Shown: piece after piece, positions 28,701 through 42,600 of the stretch
How positions within the stretch are numbered: the stretch's first letter is position 1
How the letters are laid out: each line of letters opens with the position of its first letter
DNA from: Lingula anatina
Lineage: Eukaryota > Animalia > Brachiopoda
Length of the DNA stretch: 64,000 nucleotides
Direction: 5' to 3'
Assembly (NCBI GenBank): GCA_051362555.1
Contig: JBPQGU010000016.1
Location: 3,286,001-3,350,000 of the forward strand
Position numbers and translations under genes: made by a program
The notes under the pieces: generated by a model
What the model was told of the DNA's origin: nothing
The model's database searches: none
What the model saw: the letters and a program-made list of their open reading frames with translations, nothing else

Positions 28701-31700
28701 AGCACACCTGAGAACAGGATTTGGAGAGAGGGGGGGTGGAGAGAGTTTTTGCTCTATTTCTTCCTTAATAATGACACAACCACTCTTCCAGCACTTTATT
28801 CTGACTACAAATGACCAAACACACCTACCAGACACTATAATGAAGAAAAAAATTTTTCAACCCTACCTGGCCAAAATTGAAGAAAACTGCCATATCCGGA
28901 CCTTACGAAAATCACTCAAAATCACCCAAAAATGGCCCGTCACCAAATTTTCCAAAAAGTGATGAAAATCAATCTACCACACCTGTCATTCATAAAAAAT
29001 GTGGAAACGCGCCCGGATCACTTCATTAAAGCCCCCAATTTCAGCTTTAAAGATGGCCAAAAAGCACACCTGAGAACAGGATTTGGAGAGAGGGGGGGTG
29101 GAGAGAGTTTTTGCTCTATTTCTTCCTTAATAATGACACAACCACTCTTCCAGCACTTTATTCTGACTACAAATGACCAAACACACCTACCAGACACTAT
29201 AATGAAGAAAAAAATTTTTCAACCCTACCTGGCCAAAATTGAAGAAAACTGCCATATCCGGACCTTACGAAAATCACTCAAAATCACCCAAAAATGGCCC
29301 GTCACCAAATTTTCCAAAAAGTGATGAAAATCAATCTACCACACCTGTCATTCATAAAAAATGTGGAAACGCGCCCGGATCACTTCATTAAAGCCCCCAA
29401 TTTCAGCTTTAAAGATGGCCAAAAAGCACACCTGAGAACAGGATTTGGAGAGAGGGGGGGTGGAGAGAGTTTTTGCTCTATTTCTTCCTTAATAATGACA
29501 CAACCACTCTTCCAGCACTTTATTCTGACTACAAATGACCAAACACACCTACCAGACACTATAATGAAGAAAAAAATTTTTCAACCCTACCTGGCCAAAA
29601 TTGAAGAAAACTGCCATATCCGGACCTTACGAAAATCACTCAAAATCACCCAAAAATGGCCCGTCACCAAATTTTCCAAAAAGTGATGAAAATCAATCTA
29701 CCACACCTGTCATTCATAAAAAATGTGGAAACGCGCCCGGATCACTTCATTAAAGCCCCCAATTTCAGCTTTAAAGATGGCCAAAAAGCACACCTGAGAA
29801 CAGGATTTGGAGAGAGGGGGGGTGGAGAGAGTTTTTGCTCTATTTCTTCCTTAATAATGACACAACCACTCTTCCAGCACTTTATTCTGACTACAAATGA
29901 CCAAACACACCTACCAGACACTATAATGAAGAAAAAAATTTTTCAACCCTACCTGGCCAAAATTGAAGAAAACTGCCATATCCGGACCTTACGAAAATCA
30001 CTCAAAATCACCCAAAAATGGCCCGTCACCAAATTTTCCAAAAAGTGATGAAAATCAATCTACCACACCTGTCATTCATAAAAAATGTGGAAACGCGCCC
30101 GGATCACTTCATTAAAGCCCCCAATTTCAGCTTTAAAGATGGCCAAAAAGCACACCTGAGAACAGGATTTGGAGAGAGGGGGGGTGGAGAGAGTTTTTGC
30201 TCTATTTCTTCCTTAATAATGACACAACCACTCTTCCAGCACTTTATTCTGACTACAAATGACCAAACACACCTACCAGACACTATAATGAAGAAAAAAA
30301 TTTTTCAACCCTACCTGGCCAAAATTGAAGAAAACTGCCATATCCGGACCTTACGAAAATCACTCAAAATCACCCAAAAATGGCCCGTCACCAAATTTTC
30401 CAAAAAGTGATGAAAATCAATCTACCACACCTGTCATTCATAAAAAATGTGGAAACGCGCCCGGATCACTTCATTAAAGCCCCCAATTTCAGCTTTAAAG
30501 ATGGCCAAAAAGCACACCTGAGAACAGGATTTGGAGAGAGGGGGGGTGGAGAGAGTTTTTGCTCTATTTCTTCCTTAATAATGACACAACCACTCTTCCA
30601 GCACTTTATTCTGACTACAAATGACCAAACACACCTACCAGACACTATAATGAAGAAAAAAATTTTTCAACCCTACCTGGCCAAAATTGAAGAAAACTGC
30701 CATATCCGGACCTTACGAAAATCACTCAAAATCACCCAAAAATGGCCCGTCACCAAATTTTCCAAAAAGTGATGAAAATCAATCTACCACACCTGTCATT
30801 CATAAAAAATGTGGAAACGCGCCCGGATCACTTCATTAAAGCCCCCAATTTCAGCTTTAAAGATGGCCAAAAAGCACACCTGAGAACAGGATTTGGAGAG
30901 AGGGGGGGTGGAGAGAGTTTTTGCTCTATTTCTTCCTTAATAATGACACAACCACTCTTCCAGCACTTTATTCTGACTACAAATGACCAAACACACCTAC
31001 CAGACACTATAATGAAGAAAAAAATTTTTCAACCCTACCTGGCCAAAATTGAAGAAAACTGCCATATCCGGACCTTACGAAAATCACTCAAAATCACCCA
31101 AAAATGGCCCGTCACCAAATTTTCCAAAAAGTGATGAAAATCAATCTACCACACCTGTCATTCATAAAAAATGTGGAAACGCGCCCGGATCACTTCATTA
31201 AAGCCCCCAATTTCAGCTTTAAAGATGGCCAAAAAGCACACCTGAGAACAGGATTTGGAGAGAGGGGGGGTGGAGAGAGTTTTTGCTCTATTTCTTCCTT
31301 AATAATGACACAACCACTCTTCCAGCACTTTATTCTGACTACAAATGACCAAACACACCTACCAGACACTATAATGAAGAAAAAAATTTTTCAACCCTAC
31401 CTGGCCAAAATTGAAGAAAACTGCCATATCCGGACCTTACGAAAATCACTCAAAATCACCCAAAAATGGCCCGTCACCAAATTTTCCAAAAAGTGATGAA
31501 AATCAATCTACCACACCTGTCATTCATAAAAAATGTGGAAACGCGCCCGGATCACTTCATTAAAGCCCCCAATTTCAGCTTTAAAGATGGCCAAAAAGCA
31601 CACCTGAGAACAGGATTTGGAGAGAGGGGGGGTGGAGAGAGTTTTTGCTCTATTTCTTCCTTAATAATGACACAACCACTCTTCCAGCACTTTATTCTGA

Positions 31701-33608
31701 CTACAAATGACCAAACACACCTACCAGACACTATAATGAAGAAAAAAATTTTTCAACCCTACCTGGCCAAAATTGAAGAAAACTGCCATATCCGGACCTT
31801 ACGAAAATCACTCAAAATCACCCAAAAATGGCCCGTCACCAAATTTTCCAAAAAGTGATGAAAATCAATCTACCACACCTGTCATTCATAAAAAATGTGG
31901 AAACGCGCCCGGATCACTTCATTAAAGCCCCCAATTTCAGCTTTAAAGATGGCCAAAAAGCACACCTGAGAACAGGATTTGGAGAGAGGGGGGGTGGAGA
32001 GAGTTTTTGCTCTATTTCTTCCTTAATAATGACACAACCACTCTTCCAGCACTTTATTCTGACTACAAATGACCAAACACACCTACCAGACACTATAATG
32101 AAGAAAAAAATTTTTCAACCCTACCTGGCCAAAATTGAAGAAAACTGCCATATCCGGACCTTACGAAAATCACTCAAAATCACCCAAAAATGGCCCGTCA
32201 CCAAATTTTCCAAAAAGTGATGAAAATCAATCTACCACACCTGTCATTCATAAAAAATGTGGAAACGCGCCCGGATCACTTCATTAAAGCCCCCAATTTC
32301 AGCTTTAAAGATGGCCAAAAAGCACACCTGAGAACAGGATTTGGAGAGAGGGGGGGTGGAGAGAGTTTTTGCTCTATTTCTTCCTTAATAATGACACAAC
32401 CACTCTTCCAGCACTTTATTCTGACTACAAATGACCAAACACACCTACCAGACACTATAATGAAGAAAAAAATTTTTCAACCCTACCTGGCCAAAATTGA
32501 AGAAAACTGCCATATCCGGACCTTACGAAAATCACTCAAAATCACCCAAAAATGGCCCGTCACCAAATTTTCCAAAAAGTGATGAAAATCAATCTACCAC
32601 ACCTGTCATTCATAAAAAATGTGGAAACGCGCCCGGATCACTTCATTAAAGCCCCCAATTTCAGCTTTAAAGATGGCCAAAAAGCACACCTGAGAACAGG
32701 ATTTGGAGAGAGGGGGGGTGGAGAGAGTTTTTGCTCTATTTCTTCCTTAATAATGACACAACCACTCTTCCAGCACTTTATTCTGACTACAAATGACCAA
32801 ACACACCTACCAGACACTATAATGAAGAAAAAAATTTTTCAACCCTACCTGGCCAAAATTGAAGAAAACTGCCATATCCGGACCTTACGAAAATCACTCA
32901 AAATCACCCAAAAATGGCCCGTCACCAAATTTTCCAAAAAGTGATGAAAATCAATCTACCACACCTGTCATTCATAAAAAATGTGGAAACGCGCCCGGAT
33001 CACTTCATTAAAGCCCCCAATTTCAGCTTTAAAGATGGCCAAAAAGCACACCTGAGAACAGGATTTGGAGAGAGGGGGGGTGGAGAGAGTTTTTGCTCTA
33101 TTTCTTCCTTAATAATGACACAACCACTCTTCCAGCACTTTATTCTGACTACAAATGACCAAACACACCTACCAGACACTATAATGAAGAAAAAAATTTT
33201 TCAACCCTACCTGGCCAAAATTGAAGAAAACTGCCATATCCGGACCTTACGAAAATCACTCAAAATCACCCAAAAATGGCCCGTCACCAAATTTTCCAAA
33301 AAGTGATGAAAATCAATCTACCACACCTGTCATTCATAAAAAATGTGGAAACGCGCCCGGATCACTTCATTAAAGCCCCCAATTTCAGCTTTAAAGATGG
33401 CCAAAAAGCACACCTGAGAACAGGATTTGGAGAGAGGGGGGGTGGAGAGAGTTTTTGCTCTATTTCAGCACTTTATTCTGACTACAAATGACCAAACACA
33501 CCTACCAGACACTATAATGAAGAAAAAAATTTTTCAACCCTACCTGGCCAAAATTGAAGAAAACTGCCATATCCGGACCTTACGAAAATCACTCAAAATC
33601 ACCCAAAA
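1775..33608. repeat. G-type sub-block (aaaatgGcccg), 88 copies, near-identical from 3586 onward
   Basis: Every copy from 1778 to 33279 carries G. From 3586 on, the only differences I could see are +4 A (~8716-8725), +1 T (~11027), +1 T (18440) and the terminal 29-bp deletion. The G-tract stays G7 and the translations are identical. Confidence 0.95.
33276..33608. repeat. 333-bp monomer with 29-bp internal deletion at the G/A block boundary
   Basis: ctctatttc|agcac junction at 33466/33467; consensus ttccttaataatgacacaaccactcttcc is missing. Unit spacing is 333 rather than 362. Confidence 0.95.
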
Positions 33609-36600
33609 ATGACCCGTCACCAAATTTTCCAAAAAGTGATGAAAATCAATCTACCACACCTGTCATTCATAAAAAAAGTGGAAACGCGCCCGGATCACTT
33701 CATTAAAGCCCCCAATTTCAGCTTTAAAGATGGCCAAAAAGCACACCTGAGAACAGGATTTGGAGAGAGGGGGGGGGGTGGAGAGAGTTTTTGCTCTATT
33801 TCTTCCTTAATAATGACACAACCACTCTTCCAGCACTTTATTCTGACTACAAATGACCAAACACACCTACCAGACACTATAATGAAGAAAAAAATTTTTC
33901 AACCCTACCTGGCCAAAATTGAAGAAAACTGCCATATCCAGACCTTACGAAAATCACTCAAAATCACCCAAAAATGACCCGTCACCAAATTTTCCAAAAA
34001 GTGATGAAAATCAATCTACCATACCTGTCATTCATAAAAAATGTGGAAACGCGCCCGGATCACTTCATTAAAGCCCCCAATTTCAGCTTTAAAGATGGCC
34101 AAAAAGCACACCTGAGAACAGGATTTGGAGAGAGGGGGGGGTGGAGAGAGTTTTTGCTCTATTTCTTCCTTAATAATGACACAACCACTCTTCCAGCACT
34201 TTATTCTGACTACAAATGACCAAACACACCTACCAGACACTATAATGAAGAAAAAAATTTTTCAACCCTACCTGGCCAAAATTGAAGAAAACTGCCATAT
34301 CCGGACCTTACGAAAATCACTCAAAATCACCCAAAAATGACCCGTCACCAAATTTTCCAAAAAGTGATGAAAATCAATCTACCACACCTGTCATTCATAA
34401 AAAATGTGGAAACGCGCCCGGATCACTTCATTAAAGCCCCCAATTTCAGCTTTAAAGATGGCCAAAAAGCACACCTGAGAACAGGATTTGGAGAGAGGGG
34501 GGGGAGGGGGGTGGAGAGGGGAGAGTTTTTGCTCTATTTCTTCCTTAATAATGACACAACCACTCTTCCAGCACTTTATTCTGACTACAAATGACCAAAC
34601 ACACCTACCAGACACTATAATGAAGAAAAAATTTTTCAACCCTACCTGGCCAAAATTGAAGAAAACTGCCATATCCGGACCTTACGAAAATCACTCAAAA
34701 TCACCCAAAAATGACCCGTCACCAAATTTTCCAAAAAGTGATGAAAATCAATCTACCACACCTGTCATTCATAAAAAATGTGGAAACGCGCCCGGATCAC
34801 TTCATTAAAGCCCCCAATTTCAGCTTTAAAGATGGCCAAAAAGCACACCTGAGAACAGGATTTGGAGAGAGGGGGGGGGTGGAGAGAGTTTTTGCTCTAT
34901 TTCTTCCTTAATAATGACACAACCACTCTTCCAGCACTTTATTCTGACTACAAATGACCAAACACACCTACCAGACACTATAATGAAGAAAAAATTTTTC
35001 AACCCTACCTGGCCAAAATTGAAGAAAACTGCCATATCCGGACCTTACGAAAATCACTCAAAATCACCCAAAAATGACCCGTCACCAAATTTTCCAAAAA
35101 GTGATGAAAATCAATCTACCACACCTGTCATTCATAAAAAATGTGGAAACGCGCCCGGATCACTTCATTAAAGCCCCAATTTCAGCTTTAAAGATGGCCA
35201 AAAAGCACACCTGAGAACAGGATTTGGAGAGAGGGGGGGGGGTGGAGAGAGTTTTTGCTCTATTTCTTCCTTAATAATGACACAACCACTCTTCCAGCAC
35301 TTTATTCTGACTACAAATGACCAAACACACCTACCAGACACTATAATGAAGAAAAAAATTTTCAACCCTACCTGGCCAAAATTGAAGAAAACTGCCATAT
35401 CCGGACCTTACGAAAATCACTCAAAATCACCCAAAAATGACCCGTCACCAAATTTTCCAAAAAGTGATGAAAATCAATCTACCACACCTGTCATTCATAA
35501 AAAATGTGGAAACGCGCCCGGATCACTTCATTAAAGCCCCCAATTTCAGCTTTAAAGATGGCCAAAAAGCACACCTGAGAACAGGATTTGGAGAGAGGGG
35601 GGGTGGAGAGAGTTTTTGCTCTATTTCTTCCTTAATAATGACACAACCACTCTTCCAGCACTTTATTCTGACTACAAATGACCAAACACACCTACCAGAC
35701 ACTATAATGAAGAAAAAAATTTTTCAACCCTACCTGGCCAAAATTGAAGAAAACTGCCATATCCGGACCTTACGAAAATCACTCAAAATCACCCAAAAAT
35801 GACCCGTCACCAAATTTTCCAAAAAGTGATGAAAATCAATCTACCACACCTGTCATTCATAAAAAATGTGGAAACGCGCCCGGATCACTTCATTAAAGCC
35901 CCCAATTTCAGCTTTAAAGATGGCCAAAAAGCACACCTGAGAACAGGATTTGGAGAGAGGGGGGGGGTGGAGAGAGTTTTTGCTCTATTTCTTCCTTAAT
36001 AATGACACAACCACTCTTCCAGCACTTTATTCTGACTACAAATGACCAAACACACCTACCAGACACTATAATGAAGAAAAAAATTTTTCAACCCTACCTG
36101 GCCAAAATTGAAGAAAACTGCCATATCCGGACCTTACGAAAATCACTCAAAATCACCCAAAAATGACCCGTCACCAAATTTTCCAAAAAGTGATGAAAAT
36201 CAATCTACCACACCTGTCATTCATAAAAAATGTGGAAACGCGCCCGGATCACTTCATTAAAGCCCCCAATTTCAGCTTTAAAGATGGCCAAAAAGCACAC
36301 CTGAGAACAGGATTTGGAGAGAGGGGGGGGTGGAGAGAGTTTTTGCTCTATTTCTTCCTTAATAATGACACAACCACTCTTCCAGCACTTTATTCTGACT
36401 ACAAATGACCAAACACACCTACCAGACACTATAATGAAGAAAAAAATTTTTCAACCCTACCTGGCCAAAATTGAAGAAAACTGCCATATCCGGACCTTAC
36501 GAAAATCACTCAAAATCACCCAAAAATGACCCGTCACCAAATTTTCCAAAAAGTGATGAAAATCAATCTACCACACCTGTCATTCATAAAAAATGTGGAA

Positions 36601-39600
36601 ACGCGCCCGGATCACTTCATTAAAGCCCCCAATTTCAGCTTTAAAGATGGCCAAAAAGCACACCTGAGAACAGGATTTGGAGAGAGGGGGGGTGGAGAGA
36701 GTTTTTGCTCTATTTCTTCCTTAATAATGACACAACCACTCTTCCAGCACTTTATTCTGACTACAAATGACCAAACACACCTACCAGACACTATAATGAA
36801 GAAAAAAATTTTTCAACCCTACCTGGCCAAAATTGAAGAAAACTGCCATATCCGGACCTTACGAAAATCACTCAAAATCACCCAAAAATGACCCGTCACC
36901 AAATTTTCCAAAAAGTGATGAAAATCAATCTACCACACCTGTCATTCATAAAAAATGTGGAAACGCGCCCGGATCACTTCATTAAAGCCCCCAATTTCAG
37001 CTTTAAAGATGGCCAAAAAGCACACCTGAGAACAGGATTTGGAGAGAGGGGGGGTGGAGAGAGTTTTTGCTCTATTTCTTCCTTAATAATGACACAACCA
37101 CTCTTCCAGCACTTTATTCTGACTACAAATGACCAAACACACCTACCAGACACTATAATGAAGAAAAAAATTTTTCAACCCTACCTGGCCAAAATTGAAG
37201 AAAACTGCCATATCCGGACCTTACGAAAATCACTCAAAATCACCCAAAAATGACCCGTCACCAAATTTTCCAAAAAGTGATGAAAATCAATCTACCACAC
37301 CTGTCATTCATAAAAAATGTGGAAACGCGCCCGGATCACTTCATTAAAGCCCCCAATTTCAGCTTTAAAGATGGCCAAAAAGCACACCTGAGAACAGGAT
37401 TTGGAGAGAGGGGGGGTGGAGAGAGTTTTTGCTCTATTTCTTCCTTAATAATGACACAACCACTCTTCCAGCACTTTATTCTGACTACAAATGACCAAAC
37501 ACACCTACCAGACACTATAATGAAGAAAAAAATTTTTCAACCCTACCTGGCCAAAATTGAAGAAAACTGCCATATCCGGACCTTACGAAAATCACTCAAA
37601 ATCACCCAAAAATGACCCGTCACCAAATTTTCCAAAAAGTGATGAAAATCAATCTACCACACCTGTCATTCATAAAAAATGTGGAAACGCGCCCGGATCA
37701 CTTCATTAAAGCCCCCAATTTCAGCTTTAAAGATGGCCAAAAAGCACACCTGAGAACAGGATTTGGAGAGAGGGGGGGTGGAGAGAGTTTTTGCTCTATT
37801 TCTTCCTTAATAATGACACAACCACTCTTCCAGCACTTTATTCTGACTACAAATGACCAAACACACCTACCAGACACTATAATGAAGAAAAAAATTTTTC
37901 AACCCTACCTGGCCAAAATTGAAGAAAACTGCCATATCCGGACCTTACGAAAATCACTCAAAATCACCCAAAAATGACCCGTCACCAAATTTTCCAAAAA
38001 GTGATGAAAATCAATCTACCACACCTGTCATTCATAAAAAATGTGGAAACGCGCCCGGATCACTTCATTAAAGCCCCCAATTTCAGCTTTAAAGATGGCC
38101 AAAAAGCACACCTGAGAACAGGATTTGGAGAGAGGGGGGGTGGAGAGAGTTTTTGCTCTATTTCTTCCTTAATAATGACACAACCACTCTTCCAGCACTT
38201 TATTCTGACTACAAATGACCAAACACACCTACCAGACACTATAATGAAGAAAAAAATTTTTCAACCCTACCTGGCCAAAATTGAAGAAAACTGCCATATC
38301 CGGACCTTACGAAAATCACTCAAAATCACCCAAAAATGACCCGTCACCAAATTTTCCAAAAAGTGATGAAAATCAATCTACCACACCTGTCATTCATAAA
38401 AAATGTGGAAACGCGCCCGGATCACTTCATTAAAGCCCCCAATTTCAGCTTTAAAGATGGCCAAAAAGCACACCTGAGAACAGGATTTGGAGAGAGGGGG
38501 GGTGGAGAGAGTTTTTGCTCTATTTCTTCCTTAATAATGACACAACCACTCTTCCAGCACTTTATTCTGACTACAAATGACCAAACACACCTACCAGACA
38601 CTATAATGAAGAAAAAAATTTTTCAACCCTACCTGGCCAAAATTGAAGAAAACTGCCATATCCGGACCTTACGAAAATCACTCAAAATCACCCAAAAATG
38701 ACCCGTCACCAAATTTTCCAAAAAGTGATGAAAATCAATCTACCACACCTGTCATTCATAAAAAATGTGGAAACGCGCCCGGATCACTTCATTAAAGCCC
38801 CCAATTTCAGCTTTAAAGATGGCCAAAAAGCACACCTGAGAACAGGATTTGGAGAGAGGGGGGGTGGAGAGAGTTTTTGCTCTATTTCTTCCTTAATAAT
38901 GACACAACCACTCTTCCAGCACTTTATTCTGACTACAAATGACCAAACACACCTACCAGACACTATAATGAAGAAAAAAATTTTTCAACCCTACCTGGCC
39001 AAAATTGAAGAAAACTGCCATATCCGGACCTTACGAAAATCACTCAAAATCACCCAAAAATGACCCGTCACCAAATTTTCCAAAAAGTGATGAAAATCAA
39101 TCTACCACACCTGTCATTCATAAAAAATGTGGAAACGCGCCCGGATCACTTCATTAAAGCCCCCAATTTCAGCTTTAAAGATGGCCAAAAAGCACACCTG
39201 AGAACAGGATTTGGAGAGAGGGGGGGGTGGAGAGAGTTTTTGCTCTATTTCTTCCTTAATAATGACACAACCACTCTTCCAGCACTTTATTCTGACTACA
39301 AATGACCAAACACACCTACCAGACACTATAATGAAGAAAAAAATTTTTCAACCCTACCTGGCCAAAATTGAAGAAAACTGCCATATCCGGACCTTACGAA
39401 AATCACTCAACCAAAACACCCAATTAAATCGACACCCAGTCACCAAATTTTCCAAAAAGTGATGAAAATCAATCTACCACACCTGTCATTCATAAAAAAT
39501 GTGGAAACGCGCCCGGATCACTTCATTAAAGCCCCCAATTTCAGCTTTAAAGATGGCCAAAAAGCACACCTGAGAACAGGATTTGGAGAGAGGGGGGGTG

Positions 39601-42600
39601 GAGAGAGTTTTTGCTCTATTTCTTCCTTAATAATGACACAACCACTCTTCCAGCACTTTATTCTGACTACAAATGACCAAACACACCTACCAGACACTAT
39701 AATGAAGAAAAAAATTTTTCAACCCTACCTGGCCAAAATTGAAGAAAACTGCCATATCCGGACCTTACGAAAATCACTCAAAATCACCCAAAAATGACCC
39801 GTCACCAAATTTTCCAAAAAGTGATGAAAATCAATCTACCACACCTGTCATTCATAAAAAATGTGGAAACGCGCCCGGATCACTTCATTAAAGCCCCCAA
39901 TTTCAGCTTTAAAGATGGCCAAAAAGCACACCTGAGAACAGGATTTGGAGAGAGGGGGGGGTGGAGAGAGTTTTTGCTCTATTTCTTCCTTAATAATGAC
40001 ACAACCACTCTTCCAGCACTTTATTCTGACTACAAATGACCAAACACACCTACCAGACACTATAATGAAGAAAAAAATTTTTCAACCCTACCTGGCCAAA
40101 ATTGAAGAAAACTGCCATATCCGGACCTTACGAAAATCACTCAAAATCACCCAAAAATGACCCGTCACCAAATTTTCCAAAAAGTGATGAAAATCAATCT
40201 ACCACACCTGTCATTCATAAAAAATGTGGAAACGCGCCCGGATCACTTCATTAAAGCCCCCAATTTCAGCTTTAAAGATGGCCAAAAAGCACACCTGAGA
40301 ACAGGATTTGGAGAGAGGGGGGGTGGAGAGAGTTTTTGCTCTATTTCTTCCTTAATAATGACACAACCACTCTTCCAGCACTTTATTCTGACTACAAATG
40401 ACCAAACACACCTACCAGACACTATAATGAAGAAAAAAATTTTTCAACCCTACCTGGCCAAAATTGAAGAAAACTGCCATATCCGGACCTTACGAAAATC
40501 ACTCAAAATCACCCAAAAATGACCCGTCACCAAATTTTCCAAAAAGTGATGAAAATCAATCTACCACACCTGTCATTCATAAAAAATGTGGAAACGCGCC
40601 CGGATCACTTCATTAAAGCCCCCAATTTCAGCTTTAAAGATGGCCAAAAAGCACACCTGAGAACAGGATTTGGAGAGAGGGGGGGTGGAGATAGTTTTTG
40701 CTCTATTTCTTCCTTAATAATGACACAACCACTCTTCCAGCACTTTATTCTGACTACAAATGACCAAACACACCTACCAGACACTATAATGAAGAAAAAA
40801 ATTTTTCAACCCTACCTGGCCAAAATTGAAGAAAACTGCCATATCCGGACCTTACGAAAATCACTCAAAATCACCCAAAAATGACCCGTCACCAAATTTT
40901 CCAAAAAGTGATGAAAATCAATCTACCACACCTGTCATTCATAAAAAATGTGGAAACGCGCCCGGATCACTTCATTAAAGCCCCCAATTTCAGCTTTAAA
41001 GATGGCCAAAAAGCACACCTGAGAACAGGATTTGGAGAGAGGGGGGGTGGAGAGAGTTTTTGCTCTATTTCTTCCTTAATAATGACACAACCACTCTTCC
41101 AGCACTTTATTCTGACTACAAATGACCAAACACACCTACCAGACACTATAATGAAGAAAAAAATTTTTCAACCCTACCTGGCCAAAATTGAAGAAAACTG
41201 CCATATCCGGACCTTACGAAAATCACTCAAAATCACCCAAAAATGACCCGTCACCAAATTTTCCAAAAAGTGATGAAAATCAATCTACTACACCTGTCAT
41301 TCATAAAAAATGTGGAAACGCGCCCGGATCACTTCATTAAAGCCCCCAATTTCAGCTTTAAAGATGGCCAAAAAGCACACCTGAGAACAGGATTTGGAGA
41401 GAGGGGGGGGGTGGAGAGAGTTTTTGCTCTATTTCTTCCTTAATAATGACACAACCACTCTTCCAGCACTTTATTCTGACTACAAATGACCAAACACACC
41501 TACCAGACACTATAATGAAGAAAAAATTTTTCAACCCTACCTGGCCAAAATTGAAGAAAACTGCCATATCCGGACCTTACGAAAATCACTCAAAATCACC
41601 CAAAAATGACCCGTCACCAAATTTTCCAAAAAGTGATGAAAATCAATCTACCACACCTGTCATTCATAAAAAATGTGGAAACGCGCCCGGATCACTTCAT
41701 TAAAGCCCCCAATTTCAGCTTTAAAGATGGCCAAAAAGCACACCTGAGAACAGGATTTGGAGAGAGGGGGGGTGGAGAGAGTTTTTGCTCTATTTCTTCC
41801 TTAATAATGACACAACCACTCTTCCAGCACTTTATTCTGACTACAAATGACCAAACACACCTACCAGACACTATAATGAAGAAAAAAATTTTTCAACCCT
41901 ACCTGGCCAAAATTGAAGAAAACTGCCATATCCGGACCTTACGAAAATCACTCAAAATCACCCAAAAATGACCCGTCACCAAATTTTCCAAAAAGTGATG
42001 AAAATCAATCTACCACACCTGTCATTCATAAAAAATGTGGAAACGCGCCCGGATCACTTCATTAAAGCCCCCAATTTCAGCTTTAAAGATGGCCAAAAAG
42101 CACACCTGAGAACAGGATTTGGAGAGAGGGGGGGTGGAGAGAGTTTTTGCTCTATTTCTTCCTTAATAATGACACAACCACTCTTCCAGCACTTTATTCT
42201 GACTACAAATGACCAAACACACCTACCAGACACTATAATGAAGAAAAAAATTTTTCAACCCTACCTGGCCAAAATTGAAGAAAACTGCCATATCCGGACC
42301 TTACGAAAATCACTCAAAATCACCCAAAAATGACCCGTCACCAAATTTTCCAAAAAGTGATGAAAATCAATCTACCACACCTGTCATTCATAAAAAATGT
42401 GGAAACGCGCCCGGATCACTTCATTAAAGCCCCCAATTTCAGCTTTAAAGATGGTCAAAAAGCACACCTGAGAACAGGATTTGGAGAGAGGGGGGGTGGA
42501 GAGAGTTTTTGCTCTATTTCTTCCTTAATAATGACACAACCACTCTTCCAGCACTTTATTCTGACTACAAATGACCAAACACACCTACCAGACACTATAA

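Noticed and set aside
39411-39439. Apparent foreign insert ccaaaacacccaattaaatcgacacccag
   Set aside because: It is the consensus aatcacccaaaaatgacccg peppered with small insertions (net +9 bp), typical of a local read-error burst rather than a new element.
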